Assembly: GCA_002269645.1 (NCBI GenBank)
Contig: NIVC01000385.1
Span: 434,001 to 498,000, forward strand
DNA: 64,000 nt
Direction: 5' to 3'
From: Macrostomum lignano
Taxonomy: Eukaryota
The translations under genes were made by a program, and so were the position numbers. The notes beneath the pieces are model-generated. The model ran no database searches. It was not told where the DNA came from and worked only from the letters and a program-made list of their open reading frames with translations. This document shows positions 1-10,864 of the stretch, in pieces; position 1 is the stretch's first letter, and every line of letters begins with the position of its first letter.

Positions 1-119
1 GAAATTATATAAGATCTAGCTGACTTGAAGTTTCTTCGCAGATCTGATAAGATCTTCCAAGATTTTGTAAGTCATCGTCAGATCTTGTCAGACGATTCGT
101 AAGATTGTCAACTACAGTA

Positions 120-465
120 TAGGGTGATGCAGCAGGAGTCATGCAGCGGGCCAGCGCTAACGTCCAGACTTTCGGTCGCCGCGGCTGTGACTCCGAAGGC
201 AGTGGACCCAGCAGCATCTCTGGTTCGGCGACGGCGCAGGGGTGGACGTTCATGTCTGGAACGTCGGCGTGGGCTATCAGTTCTCTGGAGGCGGCGCAAC
301 CTCGGGAATAAGTGCACGCCCAGAGCGTAGCGCAGCAAGGGACCTAGCTGTAGAGCGCGTCCAGGGCTCGCTCCCGTGTGTCGGTAATCGGCACCGCTTC
401 CAGTCGTACAGGAGGATCGGCTCCACGGCCGTGCGGACTTGAAGAGGCGCACCTTCAGGCTGTCT
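120..465 (-). mobile_element. Degraded non-LTR retrotransposon (RTE-like) ORF fragment, region C-terminal to the RT domain
   Basis: Stitching minus-strand frames gives LKVRLFKS..AVEPILLY..EAVPITDTRERALDALYS..LLRYALGVH. This resembles the post-RT motif of RTE-type elements (LK.RLF.A.VE..LLYG.E.W.LT....LD..Y..LLR..L.V). Frameshifted, and cut off by the 20-bp satellite at ~465. Confidence 0.55.
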
Positions 466-1447
466 TGGTGGGCGCCCCTGTCTCTTGGTGGGCGCCCCTT
501 TCTCTTGATGAGCGCCCAGCTGTCTCTTGGTGGGCGCCCCTGTCTTTTGATGGGCGCCCCTCTCTCTTGATGAGCGCCCCTGTCTCTTGATGAGCGTCCC
601 TCTCTCTTGGTGGGCGCCCCTGTCTCTTGGTGGGCGCCCCTGTCTCTTGATGAGCGCCCCTCTCTCTTGGTGGGCGCCCCTTTCTCTTGATGAGCGCCCC
701 TCTCTCTTGGTGGGCGCCCCTGTCTCTTGATGAGCGCCCCTCTCTCTTGGTGGGCGCCCCTTTCTCTTGGTGGGCGCCCCTGTCTCTTGGTGTTGGTGGG
801 CGCCCCTTTCTCTTGATGAGCGCCCAGCTGTCTCTTGGTGGGCGCCCCTGTCTCTTGATGAGCGCCCCTCTCTCTTGGTGGGCGCCCCTGTCTCTTGATG
901 AGCTCCCCTGTCTTTTGATGAGCGCCCAGCTGTCTCTTGGTGGGCGCCCCTTTCTCTTGATGAGCGCCCCTCTCTCTTGGTGGGCGCCCCTTTCTCTTGA
1001 TGAGCGCCCCTCTCTCTTGGTGGGCGGCTCCTGTCTCTTGATGAGCGCCCCTCTCTCTTGGTGGGCGCCCCTGTCTCTTGATGAGCTCCCCTGTCTCTTG
1101 ATGAGCGCCCAGCTGTCTCTTGGTGGGCGCCCCTGTCTCTTGATGAGCGCCCCTCTCTCTTGGTGGGCGCCCCTTTCTCTTGATGAGCGCCCCTCTCTCT
1201 TGGTGGGCGCCCCTGTCTCTTGATGAGCGCCCCTCTCTCTTGGTGGGCGCCCCTTTCTCTTGGTGGGCGCCCCTGTCTCTTGGTGGGCGCCCCTTTCTCT
1301 TGATGAGCGCCCAGCTGTCTCTTGGTGGGCGCCCCTGTCTCTTGGTGAGCGCCCCTCTCTCTTGGTGGGCGCCCCTTTCTCTTGGTGAGCGCCCCTCTCT
1401 CTTGGTGGGCGCCCCTGTCTCTTGGTGGGCGCCCCTGTTTCTTGGTG
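462..1447. repeat. 20-bp GC-rich minisatellite (TCTCTTGGTGGGCGCCCCTG / TCTCTTGATGAGCGCCCCTC variants), ~49 copies
   Basis: Directly visible 20-21 bp period; accounts for the long low-complexity ORFs 108-1463 and 455-1465. Confidence 0.95.
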
Positions 1448-1825
1448 GAGCCCCGCGCAGCACATTAATAATTCAGTTTTAAACTAACCAGTTATAATGG
1501 AAATCAATGCCCAAACGAGGAGATTGTATATAATCATGTATTTGAATGAATAACTAGGAACGAGGTTGAAACAAAAATATATGTTAATTAGTTAGTTTGT
1601 ACTAGCAATCTACGCCCCCCGTTGGGGAGCCAAAGAAATGCAATACACGTTTTTTTAATAAGCTACATGTATCCTTGAAATCTTAAAAAATCTCCTGTCA
1701 AACCTTGTAAGCCTTGACATGTCAGTAATTCCCCCCCCACAAGCTTTAACATATCAACTTCCCCCCTTGACATCTCAGCAATGCCCCCAATAAGCCTTGG
1801 AAATCTAAAAATATCTGTCAACCTT

Positions 1826-1893
1826 CTAACCCTAACCCTAGCCTAACCCTAACCCTAACCCTAACCCTAACCATAACCCTAACCTAACCCTAA
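1826..1893. repeat. Interstitial telomere-type (CCCTAA)n tract
   Basis: About 11 slightly degenerate CCCTAA units inside H1; weaker relic at ~2278-2320. Confidence 0.85.
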
Positions 1894-2859
1894 AGCATTG
1901 AAATTTCAGTAATTCTCTCTAAGAGTCATAATAGCACTACTACAGGATTATAGCGATTCCCTACAAGCCTCGACATCGTAGGGATTCCCAAATGAATCTC
2001 TTAACTTCGACATGAAGCTTTTATTTTTTACATTACGCTTTTTTATTATCAGCGATCCCTCCCCTGAGGAGGCATCAAATAATGTAATAAAAAGTTACAA
2101 TAAGTTTTCAATAAACTACATGTAGCTTCTGACTTTAGCCTTGAAATCTCATTTATACCCCCGTGAGCCTTGACATCTCAGCTATTCCCCCCGTAAGCCT
2201 TGACATGTCAGCGATGGCCCCCATAAACCTTGAAAACTAAAAAATCCCCTGTTAACCTTGAAACCCGATAAAATATAACCCTCAACCCAAACCTGACCTA
2301 AACCTAACTTTAACCCAACATAAAGCCTTGAAATCTCAGCAATTCTTCTCCCCTAAGCCTTGACATTTTAGTGATTCCTTCTTTAAGAATCACAGCACTA
2401 TAACGATTTCCACCAAGCTTTGACATCGTAGCAATTCCCAAATGAATCTTTTAACTTCGACATGACTTTTCTTTTATGTATACATAGCGCTACTTTTATT
2501 TTTTACATGACTCTTCTTCTATCAGCGCCCCCCCGTGGCGAGCCAACAAAGAATGCAATAAAAAAATTGAGTAAAGTACATGAACTTTGAAGTAGCTTCT
2601 GACTTTTGCTTTGACATCTCAGAAACCCCCCCCCCGTAATCTCAGTTATTCTCTGAGAGCCTTTACGTCTCATATTATCTGAGAGCCTTTACGTCTCAGT
2701 TTTTCTCCCCAGCACAGCATTATAGCTGCATTTAACTTTTACATGACACCCTTCATGTCTGACATGACGCTTCTTTTATTCTACCATGATGCTTCTTAAT
2801 TTTTTAAATGACACTTTCATTAGTTTATAAATGAGGCTTCTATGATTTTTTCTTGACCC

Positions 2860-4650
2860 TTCTATGATTTTTACATGACGCTTCTATGATTTTTACATGA
2901 CGCTTCTATGATTTTTTACATGACGCTTCTATGATTTTTTACATGACGCTTCTACGATTTTTTACATGACGCTTCTATGATTGTTTACATGACGCTTCTA
3001 TGATTGTTTACATGACGCTTCTATGATTGTTTACATGACGCTTCTATGATTTTTTTAAATAACACTTCTATGATTTTTATATGACGCTTCTACGATTTTT
3101 ACATGACGCTTCTATGATTGTTTACATGACGCTTCTATGATTTTTTAAATTACGCTTCTATGATTTTTAAATGACGCTTCTATAATTTTTAAATGACGCT
3201 TCTATGATTGTTTACATGACGCTTCTGTGATTTTTTAAATGACGCTTCTATGATTGTTTACATGACGCTTCTATGATTGTTTACATGACGCTTCTATGAT
3301 TGTTTACATGACGCTTTTATGATTGTTCACATGACGCTTCTATAATTTTTTACATGACGCTTCTATGATTTTTTAAATGACGCTTCTATGATTTTTATAT
3401 GACGCTTTTACGATTTTTTACATGACGCTTCTATGATTGTTTACATAACGCTTCTATGATTTTTTACATGACGCTTCTATGATTGTTTACATGACGCTTC
3501 TATGATTTTTATATGACGCTTCTATGATTGTTTACATGACGCTTCTATGATTTTTTAAATTACGCTTCTTTGATTTTTAAATGACGCTTCTATGATTTTT
3601 AAATGACGCTTCTATGATTGTTTACATGACGCTTCTATGATTTTTTAAATGACGCTTCTATGATTTTTTAAATTACGCTTCTATGATTTTTAAATGACGC
3701 TTCTATGATTTTTAAATGACGCTTCTATGATTTTTTAAATGACGCTTCTATGATTTTTATATGACGCTTCTACGATTTTTTACATGACACTTCTATGATT
3801 GTTTACATGACGCTTCTATGATTGTTTACATGACGCTTCTATGATTTTTTTAAATAACGCTTCTATGATTTTTATATGACGCTTCTACGATTTTTACGTG
3901 ACGCTTCTATGATTGTTTACATGACGCTTCTATGATTTTTTAAATTACGCTTCTATGATTTTTAAATGACGCTTCTATAATTTTTAAATGACGCTTCTAT
4001 GATTGTTTACATGACGCTTCTGTGATTTTTTAAATGACGCTTCTATGATTGTTTACATGACGCTTCTATGATTGTTTACATGACGCTTCTATGATTGTTT
4101 ACATGACGCTTTTATGATTGTTCACATGACGCTTCTATTATTTTTTACATGACGCTTCTATGATTTTTTAAATGACGCTTCTATGATTTTTATATGACGC
4201 TTTTACGATTTTTTACATGACGCTTCTATGATTGTTTACATAACGCTTCTATGATTTTTTACATGACGCTTCTATGATTGTTTACATGACGCTTCTATGA
4301 TTTTTATATGACGCTTCTATGATTGTTTACATGACGCTTCTATGATTTTTTAAATTACGCTTCTTTGATTTTTAAATGACGCTTCTATGATTTTTAAATG
4401 ACGCTTCTATGATTGTTTACATGACGCTTCTATGATTTTTTAAATGACGCTTCTATGATTGTTTACATGACGCTTCTATGATTTTTTACATGACACTTCT
4501 ATGATTGTTTACATGACGCTTCTATGATTGTTTACATGACGCTTCTATGATTGTTTACATGACGCTTCTATGATTTTTTACATGACACTTCTATGATTGT
4601 TTACATGACGCTTCTATGATTGTTTACATGACGCTTCTATGATTTTTTTA
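2860..4650. repeat. 23-bp minisatellite B (CATGACGCTTCTATGATTGTTTA)
   Basis: Visible 22-24 bp period; second array at 24570-25485. Confidence 0.95.
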
Positions 4651-4691
4651 AATCAAATTAAAAAGATTTTTTTAATTTAAATTTTTTTAAA

Positions 4692-6180
4692 CATGGTGGC
4701 TCTTTTATGTTTGACATGGTGGCTCTTTACTGTTTGAAATGGTGGCTCTTTAATGTTCGAAATGGTGGCTCTTTTATGTTTGACATGGTGGCTCTTTTAG
4801 GTTTGACATGGTGCCTCTTTTATGTTTGACATGGTGGCTCTTTAATGTTCGAAATGGTGTCTTTTTTATGTTTGACATGGTGGCTCTTTTAGGTTTGACA
4901 TGGTGCCTCTTTTATGTTTGACATGGTGGCTCTTTAATGTTTGACATGGTGGCTCTTTTATGTTAAACAAAGTGGCTCTTTAATGTTTGACATGATGGCT
5001 CTTTTATGTTTGACATGGTGGCTCTTAAATGTTTGACATGGTGGCTCTTTAATGTTAGACAAAGTGGCTTTTTAATGTTTGACATGGTGGCTCTTTTATG
5101 TTTGACATGGTGGCTCTTTACTGTTTGAAATGGTGGCTCTTTAATGTTCGAAATGGTGTCTTTTTTATGTTTGACATGGTGGCTCTTTTAGGTTTGACAT
5201 GGTGCCTCTTTTATGTTTGACATGGTGGCTCTTTAATGTTTGACATGGTGGCTCTTTTATGTTAAACAAAGTGGCTCTTTAATGTTTGACATGATGGCTC
5301 TTTACTGTTTGAAATGGTGGCTCTTAAATGTTTGACATGGTGGCTCTTTTAATGTTAGACAAAGTGGCTTTTTAATGTTTGACATGGTGGCTCTTTTTTG
5401 TTTGACATGGTGGCTCTTTACTGGTTGAAATGGTGGCTCTTTAATGTTCGAAATGGTGGCTCTTTTATGTTTGACATGGTGGCTCTTTATTGTTTGACAT
5501 GGTGGCTCTTTAATGGTTAACCTGGTGGCTCTTTTATGTTTGACACGGCGGCTCTCTAATGTTTGACAAAGTGGCTATTTAATGTTCGAAATGGTGGCTC
5601 TTTAAAGTTTGACATAAAGTCACATATATGTTTGACATGGTGGCTCTTAAATGTTTGACATGGTGGCTCTTTAATGTACTTCATGGTGGCTCTTTAATAT
5701 TCTACATGGTGACTCTTTCATGTTTGACATGGTGGCTGTTTTTTGTTCTACATGGTAACTCTTTTATGTTTAATACGGTGGCTTTTTAATGTCTGACATG
5801 GTGGCTCCTCTATGTTTGACATGGTGGCTCTTTATTGTTTGACATGGTGGCTCTTTAATGTTTAACCTGGTGGCTCTTTTATGTTTGACACGGCGGCTCT
5901 CTAATGTTTGACAAAGTGGCTATTTAATGTTCGAAATGGTGGCTCTTTAAAATTTGACATAAAGTCACATATATGTTTGACATGGTGGCTCTTAAATGTT
6001 TGACATGGTGGCTCTTAAATGTTTTGACATGTTGGCTCTTAAATGTTTTGACATGGTGGCTCTTAAATGTTTGACGTGGAGTCACATATATGTTTGACAT
6101 AGTGCTTCTTTTATGTTTGGCATGGTGGCTCTTTTATGTTTGACATGGTGGCTCTTCTATGTTTGACATTGCGCTTCTAT
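4692..6180. repeat. 23-bp minisatellite C (CATGGTGGCTCTTTAATGTTTGA)
   Basis: 23-bp period; same family at 6640-7305, 8360-9243, 10865-14535, 21985-23295 and 27603-29805. Confidence 0.95.
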
Positions 6181-6239
6181 TATGTTTAGCAGTTTTGTGT
6201 TTTTTAAGGTGTTTTGATAAAAAAAATCTTTTTCTTTTT

Positions 6240-6305
6240 ACACTACTAAGATTCGAACCCAGGTCGCTACGTTAGCATTCCAGTCTGTTCGCATCTTGGC
6301 TATCT
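6240..6305 (-). promoter_or_regulatory. tRNA-derived Pol III-type cassette (A/B boxes) inside family-A Helitron units; not an intact tRNA
   Basis: Minus strand GATAGCCAAGATG..GGAATGCTAACG..GGGTTCGAATC, followed about 20 nt later by a T8 run. Copies at ~7366-7431, 14612-14675, 23360-23425 and 29867-29931; divergent variant at ~25540-25610. Confidence 0.55.
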
Positions 6306-9300
6306 CTTTTCAATTGGAGAACATGAATTGTGGTCCTTATAATTCAATTCTTACAGCAAGTCAATTGGAGTAAAAAGTTATGACATAATCAATTTCTCAG
6401 TCAGCCAGTATCAGTCTCAATTTAAGTTAGCAATATGGTTACGCAATTACAATCAAGCCTTGTGTGCATTTTTTCGACACTGTTTTCATCTTTTTGTGAT
6501 GCAATCTTTATCAGAATTGAAATTCAGTCAGTCAGTTTTTTCTCTAGCATTATTACAATAGCTAGTGCGACAATTTCCTTAGCATTATAGTGGCTCCTTT
6601 AAAATTCGCTTGCTTTTACGTTTGAAATTGTGTATCTTTTATGTTTGACATGGTGGCTCTTTAATGTTTGACATGGTGGCTCGTTTATGTTGACATGGTG
6701 GCTCTTTTATGTTGACATGGTGGCTCTTTTTATGTTTGATACGGTGGCTTTTCAATGTCTGACATGGTGGCTCTTCTATGTTTGACATGGTGGCTCTTTA
6801 ATGTTAGACAAAGTGGCTTTTTATTGTTTGACATGGTGGCTCTTTACTGTTCGAAATGGTGGCTCTTTAATGTTCGAAATGGTGGCTCTTTTATGTTTGA
6901 CATGGTGGCTCTTTTAGGTTTGACATGGTGGCTCTTAAATGTTTGACATGGTGGCTCTTTATTGTTTGACATGGTGGCTCTTTAATGTTTAACCTGGTGG
7001 CTCTTTTATGTTTGACACGGCGGCTCTCTAATGTTTGACAAAGTGGCTATTTAATGTTCGAAATGGTGGCTCTTTAAAATTTGACATAAAGTCACATATA
7101 TGTTTGACATGGTGGCTCTTAAATGTTTGACATGGTGGCTCTTAAATGTTTTGACATGTTGGCTCTTAAATGTTTTGACATGGTGGCTCTTAAATGTTTG
7201 ACGTGGAGTCACATATATGTTTGACATAGTGCTTCTTTTATGTTTGGCATGGTGGCTCTTTTATGTTTGACATGGTGGCTCTTCTATGTTTGACATTGCG
7301 CTTCTATTATGTTTAGCAGTTTTGTGTTTTTTAAGGTGTTTTGATAAAAAAAATCTTTTTCTTTTTACACTACTAAGATTCGAACCCAGGTCGCTACGTT
7401 AGCATTCCAGTCTGTTCGCATCTTGGCTATCTCTTTTCAATTGGAGAACATGAATTGTGGTCCTTATAATTCAATTCTTACAGCAAGTCAATTGGAGTAA
7501 AAAGTTATGACATAATCAATTTCTCAGTCAGCCAGTATCAGTCTCAATTTAAGTTAGCAATATGGTTACGCAATTACAATCAAGCCTTGTGTGCATTTTT
7601 TCGACACTGTTTTCATCTTTTTGTGATGCAATCTTTATCAGAATTGAAATTCAGTCAGTCAGTTTTTTCTCTAGCATTATTACAATGCATTTCAAGTCGA
7701 AAATTTTGCTTGACCTTTGCAAAAAAGCATGTTTTTCGAATATTTAATCCCTTTATCATTGAGCAATTTCTTAGCCAAGATGCATGTACCGTCCCAGGAA
7801 AATTTCTGATCGAATGGTGCAAGTTTTAAGAAAATCGGTTGAGCCATTTTTTCTGAAATCTATCGCATACCTACCTACCTACCCACAGACAACTCATTTT
7901 TAGTATATAGGACTAGCAATCTTCGCCCCCCGATGGGGGACATCTAGATAGAATCTCTGTTCTCTACAAGTATCAATAAGATGGCCAAACAAAGCCTTCA
8001 CATAGTCAATAGAAAAACTGCTCAGATGAAGTGCAATGCAAAAAGAAAACATCCTAAGACAGCAAGCATCCCCCCAGATAGCAAGCACCCCCAGATAGCA
8101 AGCACCCCCAGATAGCAAGCACCCCAGATAGAAAGAACCCCCAGATAGCAAGCACCCCCAGATAGCGAGCACCCCAGATAGCAAGCACCCCCAGATAGCA
8201 AGCACCCCAGATAGCAAGCAACCAATTGATAGCAAGTATTGATCCTATACTAAATAGCAAGCATCCACTGGACAATAAGTAGCAAGTGCAACAATTTCCT
8301 TAGCTTTATAATGGCTCCTTTGTGATTGGCATGACGCTTCTTTTTACGTTTGAAATTGCGTCTCCTATGTTTGACTTGGTGGCTCTTTAATGTTCGACAT
8401 GCTGGCTTTTTACTGTTAGACATGGTGGCTCTTCTATGTTTGACATAGTGGCTCTTCTATTTTTGACATGGTGGCTCTTTAATGTTCGACATGGTGGCTC
8501 TTTAATGTTCGACATAGTGGCTCTTTAATGTTAGACATGGTGGCTCTTCTATGTTTGACATGGTGGCTCTTCTATTTTTGACATGGTGGCTCTTTAATGT
8601 TCGACATGGTGGTTCTTTAATGTTTGACATGGTGGTTCTTTAATGTTCGACATGGTGGCTCTTTAATGTTCTACATGGTGGCCCTTTAATGTTCGACATG
8701 GTGGCTCTTTACTGTTAGACATGGTGGCTCTTTTAGGTTTGACATAATGGCTCTATAATGTTTGACATGGTGGCTCTTTAATGTTCGATATGGTGGCTCT
8801 TTTATGTTAGACATGGTGGCTCTTTTAGGTTTGACATGATGGCACTTTTATGTTTTGACATGGCGGCTCTTTAATGTTCGAAATGGTGGCTCTTTAATGT
8901 TCGATATGGTGGCTCTTTAATGTACGACATGGTGGCTCTTTACTGTTAAACATGGTGGCTCTTTAATGTTTTACATGGTGGCTCTTTAATGTTTGACATG
9001 GTGGCTCTTTAATGTTCGAAATGGTGGCTCTTTAATGTTTGACATAAAGTCACATATATGTTTGACATGGTGGCTCTTTAATGTTCGAAATGGTGGCTCT
9101 TCAATGTTCGAAATGGTGGCTCTTCAATGTTTGAAATGGTGGCTCTTTTATGTTTGACATAGTGGCTCTTTAATGTTAGACATGGTGGCTCTTCTATGTT
9201 TGACATGGTGGCTCTTCTATTTTTGACATGGTGGCTCTTTAATGTCTTAGCCAAGCAATTTCTTAGCCAAGATGCATGTACCGTCCCAAGAAAATTTCTG

Positions 9301-9496
9301 ATCGAATGGTGCAAGTTTGAAGAAAATCGGTTGAGCCAATTTTTCTGAAATCTATCGCATACCTACCTACCCACATACATCTGTATAGAATCTCTGCTCT
9401 CTACAAGTAACAAAAATATAGCCAAATAAAGCATTCACAAAGAAAACAGACAAAATACTTAAATGAAGTGCAATGCAAAAAGAAATCATCCCAAGA

Positions 9497-10772
9497 CAGC
9501 AAGCATCCCCCAGATTGCAAGCATCCCCCAGATAGCAAGCATCCCCCAGATAGCAAGCATCTCCCAGATAGCAAGCATCCCCCAGATAGCAAGCATCCCC
9601 CAGATAGCAAGCATCCCCCAAATAGATAGCACCCCAGATAGTAAGCATCCCCCAAATAGCAAGCATCCCCAAGACAGCAAGCATCCCCCAGATAGCAAGC
9701 ATCCCCCAGATAGCAAGCATCCCCAGATAGCAAGCATCCCCAGATTGCAAGCATCCCCCAGATAGCAAGCATCCCCCAGATAGTAAGCATCCCCCAAATA
9801 GCAAGCATCCCCAAGACAGCAAGCATCCCCCAGATTGCAAGCATCCCCCAGATAGCAAGCATCCCCCAGATAGCAAGCATCCCCCAGATAGCAAGCATCT
9901 CCCAGATAGCAAGCATCCCCCAGATAGCAAGCATCCCCCAGAGAGCAAGCATCCCCCAAATAGATAGCACCCCAGATAGTAAGCATCCCCCAAATAGCAA
10001 GCATCCCCCAGGTAGATAGCATCCCCCAAATAGCAAGCATCCCCCAGATAGCAAGCATCCCCAAGGTAGCAAGCACCCCCCAGATAGCAAGCACCCCCCA
10101 GATAGCAAAGATCCCCCAAATAGCAAGCATCCCCCAAATAGCAAGCATCCCCAAGACAGCAAGCATCCCCCAGATTGCAAGCATCCCCCAGATAGCAAGC
10201 ATCCCCCAGATAGCAAGCATCCCCCAGATAGCAAGCATCTCCCAGATAGCAAGCATCCCCCAGATAGCAAGCATCCCCCAGATAGCAAGCATCCCCCAAA
10301 TAGATAGCACCCCAGATAGCAAGCATCCCCCAGATAGCAAGCATCCCCCAAATAGATAGCACCCCAGATAGTAAGCATCCCCCAGATAGATAGCATCCCC
10401 CAAATAGCAAGCATCCCCCAGGTAGATAGCATCCCCCAAATAGCAAGCATCCCCCAGATAGCAAGCATCCCCAGGTAGATAGCATCCCCCAAATAGCAAG
10501 CATCCCCCAGATAGCAAGCATCCCCAAGGTAGCAAGCACCCCCCAGATAGCAAGCACCCCCCAGATAGCAAAGATCCCCCAAATAGCAAGCATCCCCCAG
10601 ATAGCAAGCATCCCCAAGGTAGCAAGCACCCCCCAGATAGCAAGCCCCCCAGATAGCAAAGATCCCCAGATAGCAAGCATCCCCAAGATAGCAAGCTTCC
10701 CCCAGATAGCAAGCATCTTCCAGAGAGCAAGCATCCCCCAGATAGATAGCATCCCCAAATAGCAAGCATCCA
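9497..10772. repeat. 18-19 bp minisatellite D (CAGATAGCAAGCATCCCC[C])
   Basis: Visible period; also at 8058-8235, 21713-21885, 24038-24552 and 26237-27510; source of the GGCLLS/WGMLAI pseudo-ORFs. Confidence 0.95.
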
Positions 10773-10864
10773 CCAGACAATAAGTAGCTAGTGCGACAAT
10801 TTCCTTAGCATTATAGTGGCTCCTTTAAAATTCGCTTACTTTTACGTTTGAAATTGTGTATCTT

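Larger units (their letters stand above)
1602..7912 (-). mobile_element. Helitron-like unit H1 (chimeric: family-B 3' end, family-A 5' end)
   Basis: 3' end GCTCCCC-AAC-GGGGGGC..GTAGATTG-CTAG at 1602; 5' TCCTATATAC at 7912; internal fusion point near 6559. Confidence 0.7.

Noticed and set aside
108-1482. Long ORFs (451 aa, 336 aa and others) over the 20-bp array
   Set aside because: They are translations of a stop-free tandem repeat, open in several frames on both strands, with no splice or domain support.
1826-1893. True chromosome end
   Set aside because: The tract is short, degenerate and embedded within a transposon-like unit; the same applies to 59920-60290, which is intronic.
6240-6305. 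Functional tRNA genes
   Set aside because: A/B boxes are present, but I could not pair an acceptor stem or D-arm; treated as SINE-like relics.
9367-10780. 400-470 aa Gly/Cys/Leu-rich ORFs (also 23894-24560 and 26095-27518)
   Set aside because: All three minus frames are open because the 18-19 bp monomer lacks stops; the array lies inside non-autonomous Helitron units.
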